From positions 108,390 through 172,389 of the IMG/VR virus record IMGVR_UViG_3300029319_007985: 64,000 bases of DNA. One strand, given 5' to 3'. The notes below the pieces were generated by a model. The model had not been told where the DNA came from, did not search any database, and saw only the letters and a program-made list of their open reading frames with translations. Each line of letters starts with the position of its first letter. Within the stretch, counting starts at the first letter, position 1. Made by a program: the position numbers and the translations under genes. Of this stretch, positions 46,824 through 57,020 are shown one piece after another. The stretch is from a virus.

Positions 46824-48313
46824 TAGAAAACTTTGACTCCATATTTTTGTTCAAATGCTTTACCATCTGCCTTGTCATTCACAATCGGTTGCCCTTTGAT
46901 ATTGAGGCTGGTGTTCAATAATATAGGACACCCTGTCTTCTTTTTCCAAGTTTTCAACAACTGATAAAAGCCAGGATTATCGGTCTTACGCACCGTTTGA
47001 ACCCTTGATGTGCCGTCATGGTGTATTATAGCAGGAAAGTCTTTACCACGCACACACGCCGCTGTAAATTGCATGTAAGGGGTGTTTTTGACGTGTTTAG
47101 GTAGCCTAAAATAGTCGTTTACATCCTCTTCTAAGATGGCAGGAGCAAATGGTCTAAACTTTTGTCTTCGCTTGATTTGATTTACCAAGTCCTTTACTTT
47201 TGGCCCTCTTGGGTCAGCAAGGAACGATCTATTACCAAGTGCCCGCGGTCCAAACTCTGCCCTACCGTTTGCAACTCCACACATCATATTTTGTTCTAAT
47301 TCTTTGATGATACTATCTATAGGATACTCACCTTCTATGTTATGTCCGAGAAAAGGATGTTGCCAATTAAGGAACTGTTTCTCACTGGCGGCCACACAGC
47401 CAATACTTGATCCGGCGTCTCCCGGGTTTGGCATAATCCATATGTTATCAAAAAGTCCTAGTCCTGCAAGTTTAGAATTGGCGGCACAGTTCAATGCTAC
47501 ACCTCCTCCAAATACTAAATTGCGTTCTGCAAACATCAAACTTTTAGCAGGCAGATACGATGCCGCTCTGCTCCATAAATTTGCCAAAAGTTCTTCTGTT
47601 AAGGCTTGTATTGATGCCGCGATGTCCATAGGATCAGCATCAGGCATCCAGTTGCCTATGCCTCTGTGTAAATTGTGCGTTAACTCAAATGGCATATTGC
47701 TTTTTATAAACTCTCTTTGTATTTTGTCTTTGTATATAGGTTTGCCATAGGCGGCCATACCCATTAGGATATATTCTTCCTCAGCAGGTTTTAGTCCTAC
47801 CCTCTGTGTGAAAGCACTGTACAACACTCCTATTGAGTGAGGATATTTTATTCTTTCCTTAAGTTCCATCTTTCCTTGTGAGCCTAACCAAATACTGATG
47901 GTATCCCATTCACCAATCGCGTCAACTGTAAGGATCACACAGTCGTTGAAAGGACTAGTATAGTACCCTGTGGCGGCGTGTGATTCGTGATGTAGTACAT
48001 ATTGATCTATCCTATTGATTCCAAATTGCCTTAGATGTTGTAGAGGCATTTCTTTTGTATCAAAAGCAAGTCCATGCTGTCCTGCCCAAAACTGTCTAGT
48101 TTTTTTAAGTAATGGCTTTTCATAATAAACTATTTTGTCAAAAGGTCCATAAGTCATTGCTTCATCAACTATTGCCTGATTCAAGAAATGATCATTTTTT
48201 ATTTTACTATATCGTTCGGCGTGGGCGGCCCAAAGTATATCACCACCACCTTGTATATCAATAACTGCCATGGCGGCATCATGATTCATACAATTTATTC
48301 CTAATATTCTCAT
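46823..48313 (-). CDS. Carbamoyltransferase (NodU/CmcH/TobZ family)
   Basis: HDAA, ERYS, HHESHA, MGMAAYG, GGVALNC, EFGPRALGNRS, RPFAP and LNTSLN. Confidence 0.92.
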   Translation of the reverse strand: MRILGINCMNHDAAMAVIDIQGGGDILWAAHAERYSKIKNDHFLNQAIVDEAMTYGPFDKIVYYEKPLLKKTRQFWAGQHGLAFDTKEMPLQHLRQFGINRIDQYVLHHESHAATGYYTSPFNDCVILTVDAIGEWDTISIWLGSQGKMELKERIKYPHSIGVLYSAFTQRVGLKPAEEEYILMGMAAYGKPIYKDKIQREFIKSNMPFELTHNLHRGIGNWMPDADPMDIAASIQALTEELLANLWSRAASYLPAKSLMFAERNLVFGGGVALNCAANSKLAGLGLFDNIWIMPNPGDAGSSIGCVAASEKQFLNWQHPFLGHNIEGEYPIDSIIKELEQNMMCGVANGRAEFGPRALGNRSFLADPRGPKVKDLVNQIKRRQKFRPFAPAILEEDVNDYFRLPKHVKNTPYMQFTAACVRGKDFPAIIHHDGTSRVQTVRKTDNPGFYQLLKTWKKKTGCPILLNTSLNIKGQPIVNDKADGKAFEQKYGVKVF

Positions 48314-48693
48314 AATGTCTCTATGTATTTTTTAAGTTCTTTGTCCTGAACATCTGAAGGTATTATATTTTTGTAAAATATTTTATAACTGTCACTTCCA
48401 TATTTTCCTATGCCATGTAGGTCACTTGCTTCTTTACCGTTCCAGGTTAAAAATTGTTTGCTCATTTTCCTTAACCTTTTTGTTCTTACGTGCCACATGC
48501 CCAAAGGCTTTAGTAAATTTTCCTGTGTTTTTTTCCTACCGCGGAGAAACGCTTTGGCATTTGGGTACTTTTTGAATAACTTTGGCAATATTTCTTTTAC
48601 TTGTTTTCTATAGGTCAAATTCAAACATATGACGCCAACCATGTGTTGCCATTTATTTTTTACTTGCTGTTGCACCATTAGATCTTCTCTCAT
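48310..48693 (-). CDS. Minimal HhH-GPD DNA glycosylase, MBD4-like
   Basis: LN.T, KYP, LLKPLG and LHGIGKYGSDSY; start reassigned to 48693 (ATGA overlap). Confidence 0.75.
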   Translation of the reverse strand: MREDLMVQQQVKNKWQHMVGVICLNLTYRKQVKEILPKLFKKYPNAKAFLRGRKKTQENLLKPLGMWHVRTKRLRKMSKQFLTWNGKEASDLHGIGKYGSDSYKIFYKNIIPSDVQDKELKKYIETL

Positions 48694-48866
48694 TTTTTTA
48701 TTACCCATGCTCTATGATAAAAATTATCAACTTCCTTTTGTATTAATCCTTTTGCAAGTTTATTCGCTGATACTTCATCCATAGGCCCATATTCTTTTTT
48801 TGTTTTACTATCCATAGTATCCATGTCATTTGGATCCTTGTGTATGCCCTCGATCACATAATACAT
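48690..48866 (-). CDS. 58-aa protein (possibly DUF4170-like), not in the ORF track
   Basis: Translated by hand: MYYVIEGIHKDPND...EYGP...QKEVDNFYHRAWVIKK; coupled at both ends. Confidence 0.55.
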   Translation of the reverse strand: MYYVIEGIHKDPNDMDTMDSKTKKEYGPMDEVSANKLAKGLIQKEVDNFYHRAWVIKK

Positions 48867-48970
48867 TATTTGTAAATAAACGGGTCTTTTTTCTTAAGTT
48901 CTTTAATTCTTTTTCTGTGTGCAATTTCTTGCTTAATTTTAGAAATTAAAGATTTAATCCATTTTATCAT
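48866..48970 (-). CDS. 34-aa basic peptide (MIKWIKSLISKIKQEIAHRKRIKELKKKDPFIYK)
   Basis: AGGAGA RBS and TAATG coupling. Confidence 0.6.
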   Translation of the reverse strand: MIKWIKSLISKIKQEIAHRKRIKELKKKDPFIYK

Positions 48971-49772
48971 AGTTTCTCCTGTTTTCATTTATTATCGAAT
49001 TAAATTTGTCTTTCATTAATTTTACAGCATCTTTATGGGCAGAATCAAGTGGATGTGTGGTACCTCTTTCATATTCCTCCAACATTGCCCATTGGTTAAA
49101 CCCCATCATCCTTTCGCCAAAACTAAACCATTTGGTAATATCTATTTCTTTATAAAGTGATTGCATCAATGCGTCACGATGACTATGAGGCGTGTAATGG
49201 TTATAAAATAAACTATTGTCTGCTAGTGTAAACATAAAAGGAATATGATATTTTTCCAAAAAGTTTTGTAACCAAATAATTGACTTCCAACTGAGATAAA
49301 TCTCATGGTATTCATTAGCGGCGTATTTGTATAGACTGTTAGCAAACTCCTTGACTCCTGTTGTTGCAAGTTCTTCGCGTCTTTTCCTCCATATTTCTTG
49401 TTGCGGTTCTGATCCACCTAACTCTCTAAAAACTTCACCCTGTTTATCATCAGTGTCCCATGGGGTTATTGACGCCCAACGGGTGTCTTCTAATAAAGAG
49501 GATCTCGGCATCGCCCAATCATACCTTGATGGGAACGTCCACATCACTAGTACTGCATCGCAAATATTTTTACTAACATATGAAAATACCTTCCTTGCTA
49601 TTGCAGAATTTCCAATGCCACCCTGTGCCACAGAAAAATAATTTGCTCCATGTAGATCTGAAAGTCCTTTTGCCCATGTCTTATTTGAAGGAGGGGCATG
49701 TGGCGTGTTACAGTCACTTAATTCGTGTCCATACGTAAAACTACACCCACCTGATAAAATAATTTTATTCAT
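48954..49772 (-). CDS. SGNH-like protein
   Basis: GGCSFTYG, GIGN, VMWT..SR and TTHP. Confidence 0.7.
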   Translation of the reverse strand: MNKIILSGGCSFTYGHELSDCNTPHAPPSNKTWAKGLSDLHGANYFSVAQGGIGNSAIARKVFSYVSKNICDAVLVMWTFPSRYDWAMPRSSLLEDTRWASITPWDTDDKQGEVFRELGGSEPQQEIWRKRREELATTGVKEFANSLYKYAANEYHEIYLSWKSIIWLQNFLEKYHIPFMFTLADNSLFYNHYTPHSHRDALMQSLYKEIDITKWFSFGERMMGFNQWAMLEEYERGTTHPLDSAHKDAVKLMKDKFNSIINENRRNYDKMD

Positions 49773-50931
49773 AAATTTGTAAAACTTTATTTAAAAGAGG
49801 AAATACATCTCCAAAATTTTCATGTCTGTAAGCATCTGTTGTTAAAATCCTGTCGAGACGTTGTTTACGAATTTCTGGAGTATCTCTGTCCACAGCATTC
49901 ATAAAACTCAATGTGGGTTTAAAATCTGTCAACATTCCGTATCTGGTGTTTACTATATCTTTTACATTTTTAGGAAGTGTTTGTATGTTGAAATAATCCG
50001 GATCGAACAGTGTGTTGACATAAAAAAACTTAGGTTGATATTGTGCCACCCAAAATGCTATTTTGGCAAGACTAAAAATATTGAATATGCTAACTGTGGT
50101 ACAAATTTGGAACTCCATATTTGGTGTTGATCTTTGTTTCCATTTGACTAGATTGGCTCCAACCTCTCTCCAATTGGCTGGGTGTCTTTGATATTCAAAC
50201 TGTGGACCAATGTCGTCTATACTAAATGCTACTTCTACTCTTTTAAAATAGTTCCAAAGATCAAATATCTCTGGAGGTGGTAGTTGTGTGCCATTCGTGT
50301 TGTAATGAACATCTATATTTTTTGCAAATCCTTTTTCAACACAATACATTAATATTTTAAAGTGGTCTTTTATCATAAATGGCTCACCGCCTGAAAATTC
50401 GAAATATTCAACATGTCTTAGATCTTCTTTCAAGTCCTCAAAAAATTGTGGATTACGTTTAGGCCATCCGCCCTCTTTTAAATTTTTTCTTGCTACAGGA
50501 TTATCTCCATAGTCCAATTCTTCTTGTGCCCATTTACTTGAACTCCAAGATCCACATATTCTACATTTTAAGTTACAAACGTTACCCAATTTGAAATCAA
50601 TAAATTTTAGATTGGGTTTGCTGTCAGTGTTCCAATTAGATAAACTTTTTTTCATTTTATAGATGCTGTTCATTCTTTTAGATGTTTTTCCGGCTTCCTC
50701 TTCCTGCCAACAACTTTGACATCCTTTAGGCCGCTTTCCATCTTTAAATTGTTGCCTCAATTGGTTCATGTATTCTGTGTTCTGTATGTCATGTAAACTA
50801 TTTTCGTAAACTTTTACATTTGGCACACTGCCTTTATATAAACAACAAGGCGATGCACCGCCATTTACATCAACCTCTAGATGCGTCCAAGGTAAAGGAC
50901 ATACATTTGTTTTTAGATACTTTTCCACCAT
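49765..50931 (-). CDS. N-terminal twitch-domain radical SAM protein
   Basis: CPLPW...PCC...CQSC; CNLKCRIC; SGGEP. Confidence 0.88.
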   Translation of the reverse strand: MVEKYLKTNVCPLPWTHLEVDVNGGASPCCLYKGSVPNVKVYENSLHDIQNTEYMNQLRQQFKDGKRPKGCQSCWQEEEAGKTSKRMNSIYKMKKSLSNWNTDSKPNLKFIDFKLGNVCNLKCRICGSWSSSKWAQEELDYGDNPVARKNLKEGGWPKRNPQFFEDLKEDLRHVEYFEFSGGEPFMIKDHFKILMYCVEKGFAKNIDVHYNTNGTQLPPPEIFDLWNYFKRVEVAFSIDDIGPQFEYQRHPANWREVGANLVKWKQRSTPNMEFQICTTVSIFNIFSLAKIAFWVAQYQPKFFYVNTLFDPDYFNIQTLPKNVKDIVNTRYGMLTDFKPTLSFMNAVDRDTPEIRKQRLDRILTTDAYRHENFGDVFPLLNKVLQIYE

Positions 50932-52292
50932 TCTAATATCCTTTTGTCTTTTTGAAACACATCTTCTATGTTTGTGTTTCTTATCTCGTCTAATTTTTTA
51001 ACTCTTTCTTTTCCACGTTTCAATCCTTGTTTATATTCATTTGGAAACATTTCTTCGTAAGTTGGTTTCTCTTTCAAATCTTTTAAAGCGGCATAAAAAT
51101 AAACATGCTTTGATAATCGATGTTTATTTTGCTTTATAAAATCATCTACAGTATTATCTAGTATTTTCCTAGGCAGGCACATTGGCGACCATACGTTTTC
51201 CGAACTGAATCCAAAAACTCTTTTTGCTAAAAGTTCAACATCGAGACTTTCCGCGACATCAAGCATGTCTGATAGTCCAACAAGGCCTGGCAGTGTGATG
51301 GTCAAATCCATACGTAATTGTTTTCTATTCTTTACAAATTTTCTTCCGTGCTCCATATTTTTATACCATTGATCAAATTTTAGTCCTGTTCTTACATACT
51401 CGCCAACATCATAAGCACCATCTATACTTGCTAAGATGTTCCAGTGTGGATATTTTGACAAAATATCATCGAACAAATTCATGCCAAAGTAATTGATCCT
51501 ACTCATATTTGAATTATATCTAATAGACACTTTGTCCTGATATCCCAACTCAATAATCCTTTTCATTGATTCCCAATGTATTTTCCACATTAAAGGCTCT
51601 CCGCCACACCAATATATTTCTTGTATATTTTTTGATTCTACTGCTTCTGCAAACTCTTTCACTACTACTTTGTCATGGAACTTATCAATTTCTTTTTTGA
51701 TATCTTCACGCATCCACATCTGATTAGGCCTATCTGGATTCCACATGTTATGAAGTCTTTCTTCTGCTTCCCAACTTGAACTCAGCATGTCTCCACACAT
51801 TCTACATTTAAAATTACATAGGTTGTTGAATCTATAGTCCCAACTTGTAACTTTCATATCTGTATGCCCATCGTCTTTAGTTTTTGCGAAAGCCTCATCT
51901 ATATTTTTTTCAAACAAAGTATTAAAATGTGTTCTATATGTGGCCACTGATAGCAATTTGTGATTGCACACCTGGCATTGTGGAATTTCTTTTCCGGCCA
52001 TTAAGTCTACCCTAATCTTCTTCATGTAGTCACTGTTCCAATGTTCTTCCAAAGTATCCGGTTTGAATGGTTGTGTTTTTGATTTTGTGTCAATGTATTG
52101 CGTAAAAGTTTTACTATCCTCTCTACTAGAGCAACATAATCTTCTTTCCATTTGTGGAGACAGATAGGTATGTGTCCAAGGCGCCATGCAAAAAGTTTTA
52201 TTTCCTTCGGACGGTTTCACACGTTTATTAACATCGGCCACAACACCTTGCCTTTGCCAACGTTCTTCAGCAGTTGGAAATCTATCGCTCAT
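50913..52292 (-). CDS. N-terminal twitch-domain radical SAM protein
   Basis: FCMAPW...LCC...CQVC; CNFKCRMC; CGGEP; start reassigned to 52292. Confidence 0.88.
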   Translation of the reverse strand: MSDRFPTAEERWQRQGVVADVNKRVKPSEGNKTFCMAPWTHTYLSPQMERRLCCSSREDSKTFTQYIDTKSKTQPFKPDTLEEHWNSDYMKKIRVDLMAGKEIPQCQVCNHKLLSVATYRTHFNTLFEKNIDEAFAKTKDDGHTDMKVTSWDYRFNNLCNFKCRMCGDMLSSSWEAEERLHNMWNPDRPNQMWMREDIKKEIDKFHDKVVVKEFAEAVESKNIQEIYWCGGEPLMWKIHWESMKRIIELGYQDKVSIRYNSNMSRINYFGMNLFDDILSKYPHWNILASIDGAYDVGEYVRTGLKFDQWYKNMEHGRKFVKNRKQLRMDLTITLPGLVGLSDMLDVAESLDVELLAKRVFGFSSENVWSPMCLPRKILDNTVDDFIKQNKHRLSKHVYFYAALKDLKEKPTYEEMFPNEYKQGLKRGKERVKKLDEIRNTNIEDVFQKDKRILEWWKSI

Positions 52293-53562
52293 ACAACTCC
52301 TTAAGTTCAGGAAAAGTGTCAGTGACTTTTTCATTTCTAATTTTATCCAGTTTTGCCATACCTTCTTTGAATTGTCCAAAGTCCTTATATAAATCTCTAC
52401 GCATCATGTAATCTATTCCGCTTTCGAATCCTTTCGTTGCCCTAGTCAACTTGTCCTGAGGTTTAAGCCAAGCGATATGTTTTTCCATTTTTTCTTTTAC
52501 TTTTAATTTAAAGTCATTTGGCAAAAGATCAATCCTCTGCCAATAAGGGTATTGCAATAAATTAAAATTAAAATCCTGTGGCTTTAGTAGTCCTTTATCG
52601 ACCCAGTTTCTATGGAAGTCTGTAATGTGCCATGCGTTTATAAGTCCAACTGTAGAACTAATATAAAAGTCTACTTGCGGACATATTTCTAACATTCTTT
52701 TCCTATTTGCCAACACATCGCTCCACTTGGTTCCTTTTCTCATAAGTTCTGCACGTTCGCCCTCTGCGTCTAAACTTGCTCCTATTGATACCGAGTCAAA
52801 TTTGTTCCATAATTTTAAAACATCCATGTCTTTGAACTTTAACTTACTAAAATTTGTATTGTAAATTAATCTCACATGGTACATTTTTCTTCTATCTAAT
52901 TCCTTTAATATTCTATAGTGTTCTTCCATGATCAAAGGCTCACCACCTGCAAAGTAGAACTGCTCCACATGATCAAATTGTTTTAACATTTGATTCCATA
53001 TGTCATCACTACTTCTACCCACTCTCATAACTTTTGCATGATTTGGAGGAGCACCAGTAAGTTTTTTATGATCTTCATACCAATTTGAACTGAACCATGT
53101 GCCACAACTCCTACACGCTAGATTACATAGATTGCTAAACCTAATATCCCAATATTTTATAACGAAGTCAGCGGTGCCATCTTCCTTTGTTTGATCCACC
53201 ATTCCTATGTTATGTCCAAAGTGTTTGTTTGAACTTAAACGTAAACTAAAGAAACCAGACTTTTCTTGGTCATAGCATTTTGTACACTGCTTACTAGACT
53301 TATTGTTTAGCATATTGACACGCATCTGTTTCATGTCTTTGCTGTTGAAAACAGTCTCCATTGAATCTTTGTTGAGATCACCAACTGGATATTTGTCGAG
53401 AGCAAAACAACATGGGTATGCTCTTCCATCTGGAAATGCATGTAAGTGTAGCCATGGCATCATACAAAAGGTGTCACTGTCTATAAGCAATTCTTTTTGC
53501 CTAGCAGTCATGTCTTTTATTTTTATTTTCTCCGGCTCTTTAGCGCCATAATCATATGCCAC
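52282..53562 (-). CDS. N-terminal twitch-domain radical SAM protein
   Basis: FCMMPW...PCC...CTKC; CNLACRSC; AGGEP. Confidence 0.88.
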   Translation of the reverse strand: MAYDYGAKEPEKIKIKDMTARQKELLIDSDTFCMMPWLHLHAFPDGRAYPCCFALDKYPVGDLNKDSMETVFNSKDMKQMRVNMLNNKSSKQCTKCYDQEKSGFFSLRLSSNKHFGHNIGMVDQTKEDGTADFVIKYWDIRFSNLCNLACRSCGTWFSSNWYEDHKKLTGAPPNHAKVMRVGRSSDDIWNQMLKQFDHVEQFYFAGGEPLIMEEHYRILKELDRRKMYHVRLIYNTNFSKLKFKDMDVLKLWNKFDSVSIGASLDAEGERAELMRKGTKWSDVLANRKRMLEICPQVDFYISSTVGLINAWHITDFHRNWVDKGLLKPQDFNFNLLQYPYWQRIDLLPNDFKLKVKEKMEKHIAWLKPQDKLTRATKGFESGIDYMMRRDLYKDFGQFKEGMAKLDKIRNEKVTDTFPELKELYER

Positions 53563-54895
53563 GATACCATTCTCCTATTATTGGAAAAGTCTTTTCGAAA
53601 TCTTTTCCTTGTCTTATGTCGTATTGACTGTAAAACGTCTTGAAGTCTTTTTGTAATTTACTTTGTTCGGCCGCACCTGCGTGTGGTGTTTTCACAACAT
53701 CTAAATAATCAATTAATCTTTGTATGTGATTAATTTCCATTTCCTCCAAAAATTTTCTATTATTTTTTAAAAACTTATCCATGTTTCCTTTGAATAAATT
53801 TCTCAGATCGTCTGGTAGCACCAATGGTGATTGGAAACTTGGAAATCTCAAAATGTTTAGTGTAAAATTAATAGTCGGGCCGTAGATTGCACTTGCAGTT
53901 TTGAACCAAACCATTTTTTCTAAAAACTCCGGCAATGACTCTAAGCATAATGCATTAATTGTACACATATTGTGGATCTCGGATGGTACTTTGTCCACCA
54001 TCATGTTCAACAGATTTGAATGCCATTCTTCATAATCTAAACCATCTCTAATATATTCTGCTTGTTTAGACGTTGCTTCACAACTTGTATATAGATGAAA
54101 ATTTTTAAATCCTTTAAGTTTATTTTTAAACCTATCAATAATACTTTTCTTTGCACCAAGATTGGAATTTATTGCTAAACGCATACCAGGTCTCATCTTG
54201 TCACCTTGCGTTTCTATCCAGTCTAACAAACGCCATAGATTAGGAGACATCATTGGTTCACCTCCTGTGATACGTAATTCGTCTAGTGTTTTGTGTAGGT
54301 CACTTTCCCACCACTTATAGAACGCCTCGACATAAGGATTGGTCTCATCCTTTTTGTATGGCTCCGCTGAATCATGTGCATGTGTGAAGTGGTTACGTCC
54401 ATCAGACATTAGGTTCATGTATGGTCCTTGATTTTTGATATTGTTTGCCCACGTGGTACTAAAAGCAGGATTACAATATGTACAAGCAAACTGACACACT
54501 CTATCAAAAGCAATTTCTAATGTTCTCAAGTTGAAATCTTTTTCATAGTCTGATTTAAAGGCATCATTCAATTCTTTGTCTGTGTAAATTTTAGATTTGT
54601 ATACCCTGTCACTAATAGCATCTCTGCCTATGTCCTCAATCTTCCAACAATATTCGCAACCTTTAGGCCTTTCGCCACACTGCATTTGCCTACGTTGCTC
54701 TTTCTTTTGTTTTGTATTGTGTATAGCACTAGGATTTTTTTTGATCTCTTCCAAATCAATTTTGTGAGGAAGAGGATGATGGCAACTTGTAGTCATTCCT
54801 GACCCAAGCCATATTGTGGCATTGTACCATTTTGCGCCACAGAAACTTGCCGACTTTGTGTCTAGTTTTTGTTTTTTAAACTCTAAATCATTCAT
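53552..54895 (-). CDS. N-terminal twitch-domain radical SAM protein (AKW/CHH subtype)
   Basis: FCGAKW...SCHHP...CEYCW; CQFACTYC; TGGEP. Confidence 0.88.
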   Translation of the reverse strand: MNDLEFKKQKLDTKSASFCGAKWYNATIWLGSGMTTSCHHPLPHKIDLEEIKKNPSAIHNTKQKKEQRRQMQCGERPKGCEYCWKIEDIGRDAISDRVYKSKIYTDKELNDAFKSDYEKDFNLRTLEIAFDRVCQFACTYCNPAFSTTWANNIKNQGPYMNLMSDGRNHFTHAHDSAEPYKKDETNPYVEAFYKWWESDLHKTLDELRITGGEPMMSPNLWRLLDWIETQGDKMRPGMRLAINSNLGAKKSIIDRFKNKLKGFKNFHLYTSCEATSKQAEYIRDGLDYEEWHSNLLNMMVDKVPSEIHNMCTINALCLESLPEFLEKMVWFKTASAIYGPTINFTLNILRFPSFQSPLVLPDDLRNLFKGNMDKFLKNNRKFLEEMEINHIQRLIDYLDVVKTPHAGAAEQSKLQKDFKTFYSQYDIRQGKDFEKTFPIIGEWYRGI

Positions 54896-55635
54896 TTCTT
54901 CCAGTCCTTCTTAAAGTTAACAAGTTTTTCATATTCATTCTTTGGTGGCTCAATGCTTGATCTGTACATTATATCTTTTACCCATTTATAATGTGTCAGC
55001 GGCAAAGGATGTAAATCCTCAGGCTTTAAAAATTCCTCAGGATAATTTTCATTAGCATAATCATCTAGACCACCATATTTTTTATAAAAAATAAACTTAC
55101 TCCAGTCTATTTTTTTATATAATGCTCTTTGTCCGTTTGACATTTTATTTTTATCGTGCATTATAATATGCCCTCTGTAACACATCATTGCATAATCAAT
55201 TTTTTCCTTTTCTAGATACATCTGGGTGAACAAAATTCTATCTAGCATTCGTACATCATTTTGTCTTTCATTTTGGAACCATCTTACATAGTATTCGTGT
55301 TTATCTTTATGATAGTGTCCTCCGTAAAACCTGTTCCAATTGAAATCTTGATCCCATCTCGAATATGTGACTAGTTCATCCTTTTTTAAATTTTCATCTA
55401 TACTATCGTGTATAATTTCATATCTATTTGTACCAGACCACATAATATAAACTTTTTTAATATCTGCAAACTTGTTCACAGCATTATACACAGATCTCAT
55501 TATTGTTTCATTTGAACTACCGGATGATCCAACATTTATGATGTTGCCACTTGGTTCGAACCATTTAACAAAATTAGGCCAACACGCCCATTTGTACTTT
55601 GTAAAACTACAGCCTGCTGTTATAATATTACTCAT
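54892..55635 (-). CDS. SGNH-like protein
   Basis: AGCSFT, GSSN, IMWS..NR and DLHP. Confidence 0.7.
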   Translation of the reverse strand: MSNIITAGCSFTKYKWACWPNFVKWFEPSGNIINVGSSGSSNETIMRSVYNAVNKFADIKKVYIMWSGTNRYEIIHDSIDENLKKDELVTYSRWDQDFNWNRFYGGHYHKDKHEYYVRWFQNERQNDVRMLDRILFTQMYLEKEKIDYAMMCYRGHIIMHDKNKMSNGQRALYKKIDWSKFIFYKKYGGLDDYANENYPEEFLKPEDLHPLPLTHYKWVKDIMYRSSIEPPKNEYEKLVNFKKDWKK

Positions 55636-57020
55636 GCGTTTTTACACTCCTGCCAAAAATCTATCATTTCAGGAAAAGTCCTTTCGAAACTAGTGCCTCT
55701 TCTACGATCGTGTTCGTTAAAAAATGCGTAAAAATTTCTTTTTTGCTGTGCGTTAGCGTCAAAATTCTTGCGCCAATAAGCAAGATTGCGAAGCATTTTT
55801 TGAATCTCAAAATCCTTGTATACAGCGTATTGGCTCCACTCGGGGTCTTTGAACTCACCTTCCTGAAATTTTTGCATCATAGATATGTTGTCTTGATGTA
55901 CCTGCTGATAACTTTCAGGCAACATTGTTATCTGTTGCCATGCTGGTTGTCTTAGCAATGGTATGTCAAACCAAACCCTTTGGTATGTGGTGCTGAACCT
56001 CTGTCTCAACTGTCGAATATATTCTAACAGTTTGTCAAGGCTTGTCACACTCAAGTTGTTGTATGTTATTATAAAAGTAACGCTGTTTCTTACAGGTATT
56101 CTCTCTAAAAATTCCTCCACAGTGTCCTGGAAGTAGGCCCAATTTAGTCCATGGCGGATGTATTCTGCTTTTTCACCAAACGCATCTACACTAACAAATT
56201 GCATGAAATGTTCAACGTGCTCGTCCAAGCATATTCTCTTGACCATGTCAAAATATTTGTTTTTTAATTTGTAATCAGGCGGACACATGTTGCTGGTCAC
56301 ATTCAAGTGTAGGTCCTTTTTAGGATTGTCTATGACCCATTGCAATACTTTATAGGTGTTTGTGTCCATTAATGGTTCTCCGCCTGTCATCCTGAAGTGT
56401 TTCAAGTTTTTATAAAGCGTAGGCCACCAACGCCAGAAGGCTTCTCTGTATGGATTGTGTTCTCTATTTGGTATTGGCTTCCTATCTCCATCAAAATGTT
56501 CTGGAGCGTTGTGGGCCGGAGATGTGGGATATTGGCCATATCGGTCTATCTCCTGTGCCCACGTTGTCGAGAACTGTGGCGAACAGTAACTACACTTGAA
56601 ATTACAAGCGTTGTTAAAGTTGACCTCAACATATCTCGGCGTCCATTCTGAGTCCATAGGTTTTCCAACAATTGACTCAAAATCTTGTATTGCCCAGGGT
56701 TCACCTGAACGGTAAATTCTATCTGACGTGCCACCTGTGTCTTCGATGTTCCAGCAATAACTACAACCTTTGGGTCTGTCGCCTGCCAGCATCTTTTGTC
56801 TTTCTTCAATTTTTTGTGCTGTGTTGTGCAGTGCGGCTGGATTTTTATCCAATTGTGTAGCGTCTATCTTGTGTAGAGGAGGATGGTAACAACTGTTAGT
56901 CATGCCGTTGGTCAAGTGTAGACTGACCTGATTCCATTTAGCAAGACAGAACGTAGGAGACACTGTGTCTAGTCTTTTCTTGGCAACTTCTGCCGCTTTC
57001 TGATACGCACTAGTTTTCAA
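55632..57020 (-). CDS. N-terminal twitch-domain radical SAM protein (AKW/CYH subtype)
   Basis: FCLAKW...SCYHP...CSYCW; CNFKCSYC; TGGEP. Confidence 0.88.
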   Translation of the reverse strand: MKTSAYQKAAEVAKKRLDTVSPTFCLAKWNQVSLHLTNGMTNSCYHPPLHKIDATQLDKNPAALHNTAQKIEERQKMLAGDRPKGCSYCWNIEDTGGTSDRIYRSGEPWAIQDFESIVGKPMDSEWTPRYVEVNFNNACNFKCSYCSPQFSTTWAQEIDRYGQYPTSPAHNAPEHFDGDRKPIPNREHNPYREAFWRWWPTLYKNLKHFRMTGGEPLMDTNTYKVLQWVIDNPKKDLHLNVTSNMCPPDYKLKNKYFDMVKRICLDEHVEHFMQFVSVDAFGEKAEYIRHGLNWAYFQDTVEEFLERIPVRNSVTFIITYNNLSVTSLDKLLEYIRQLRQRFSTTYQRVWFDIPLLRQPAWQQITMLPESYQQVHQDNISMMQKFQEGEFKDPEWSQYAVYKDFEIQKMLRNLAYWRKNFDANAQQKRNFYAFFNEHDRRRGTSFERTFPEMIDFWQECKNA

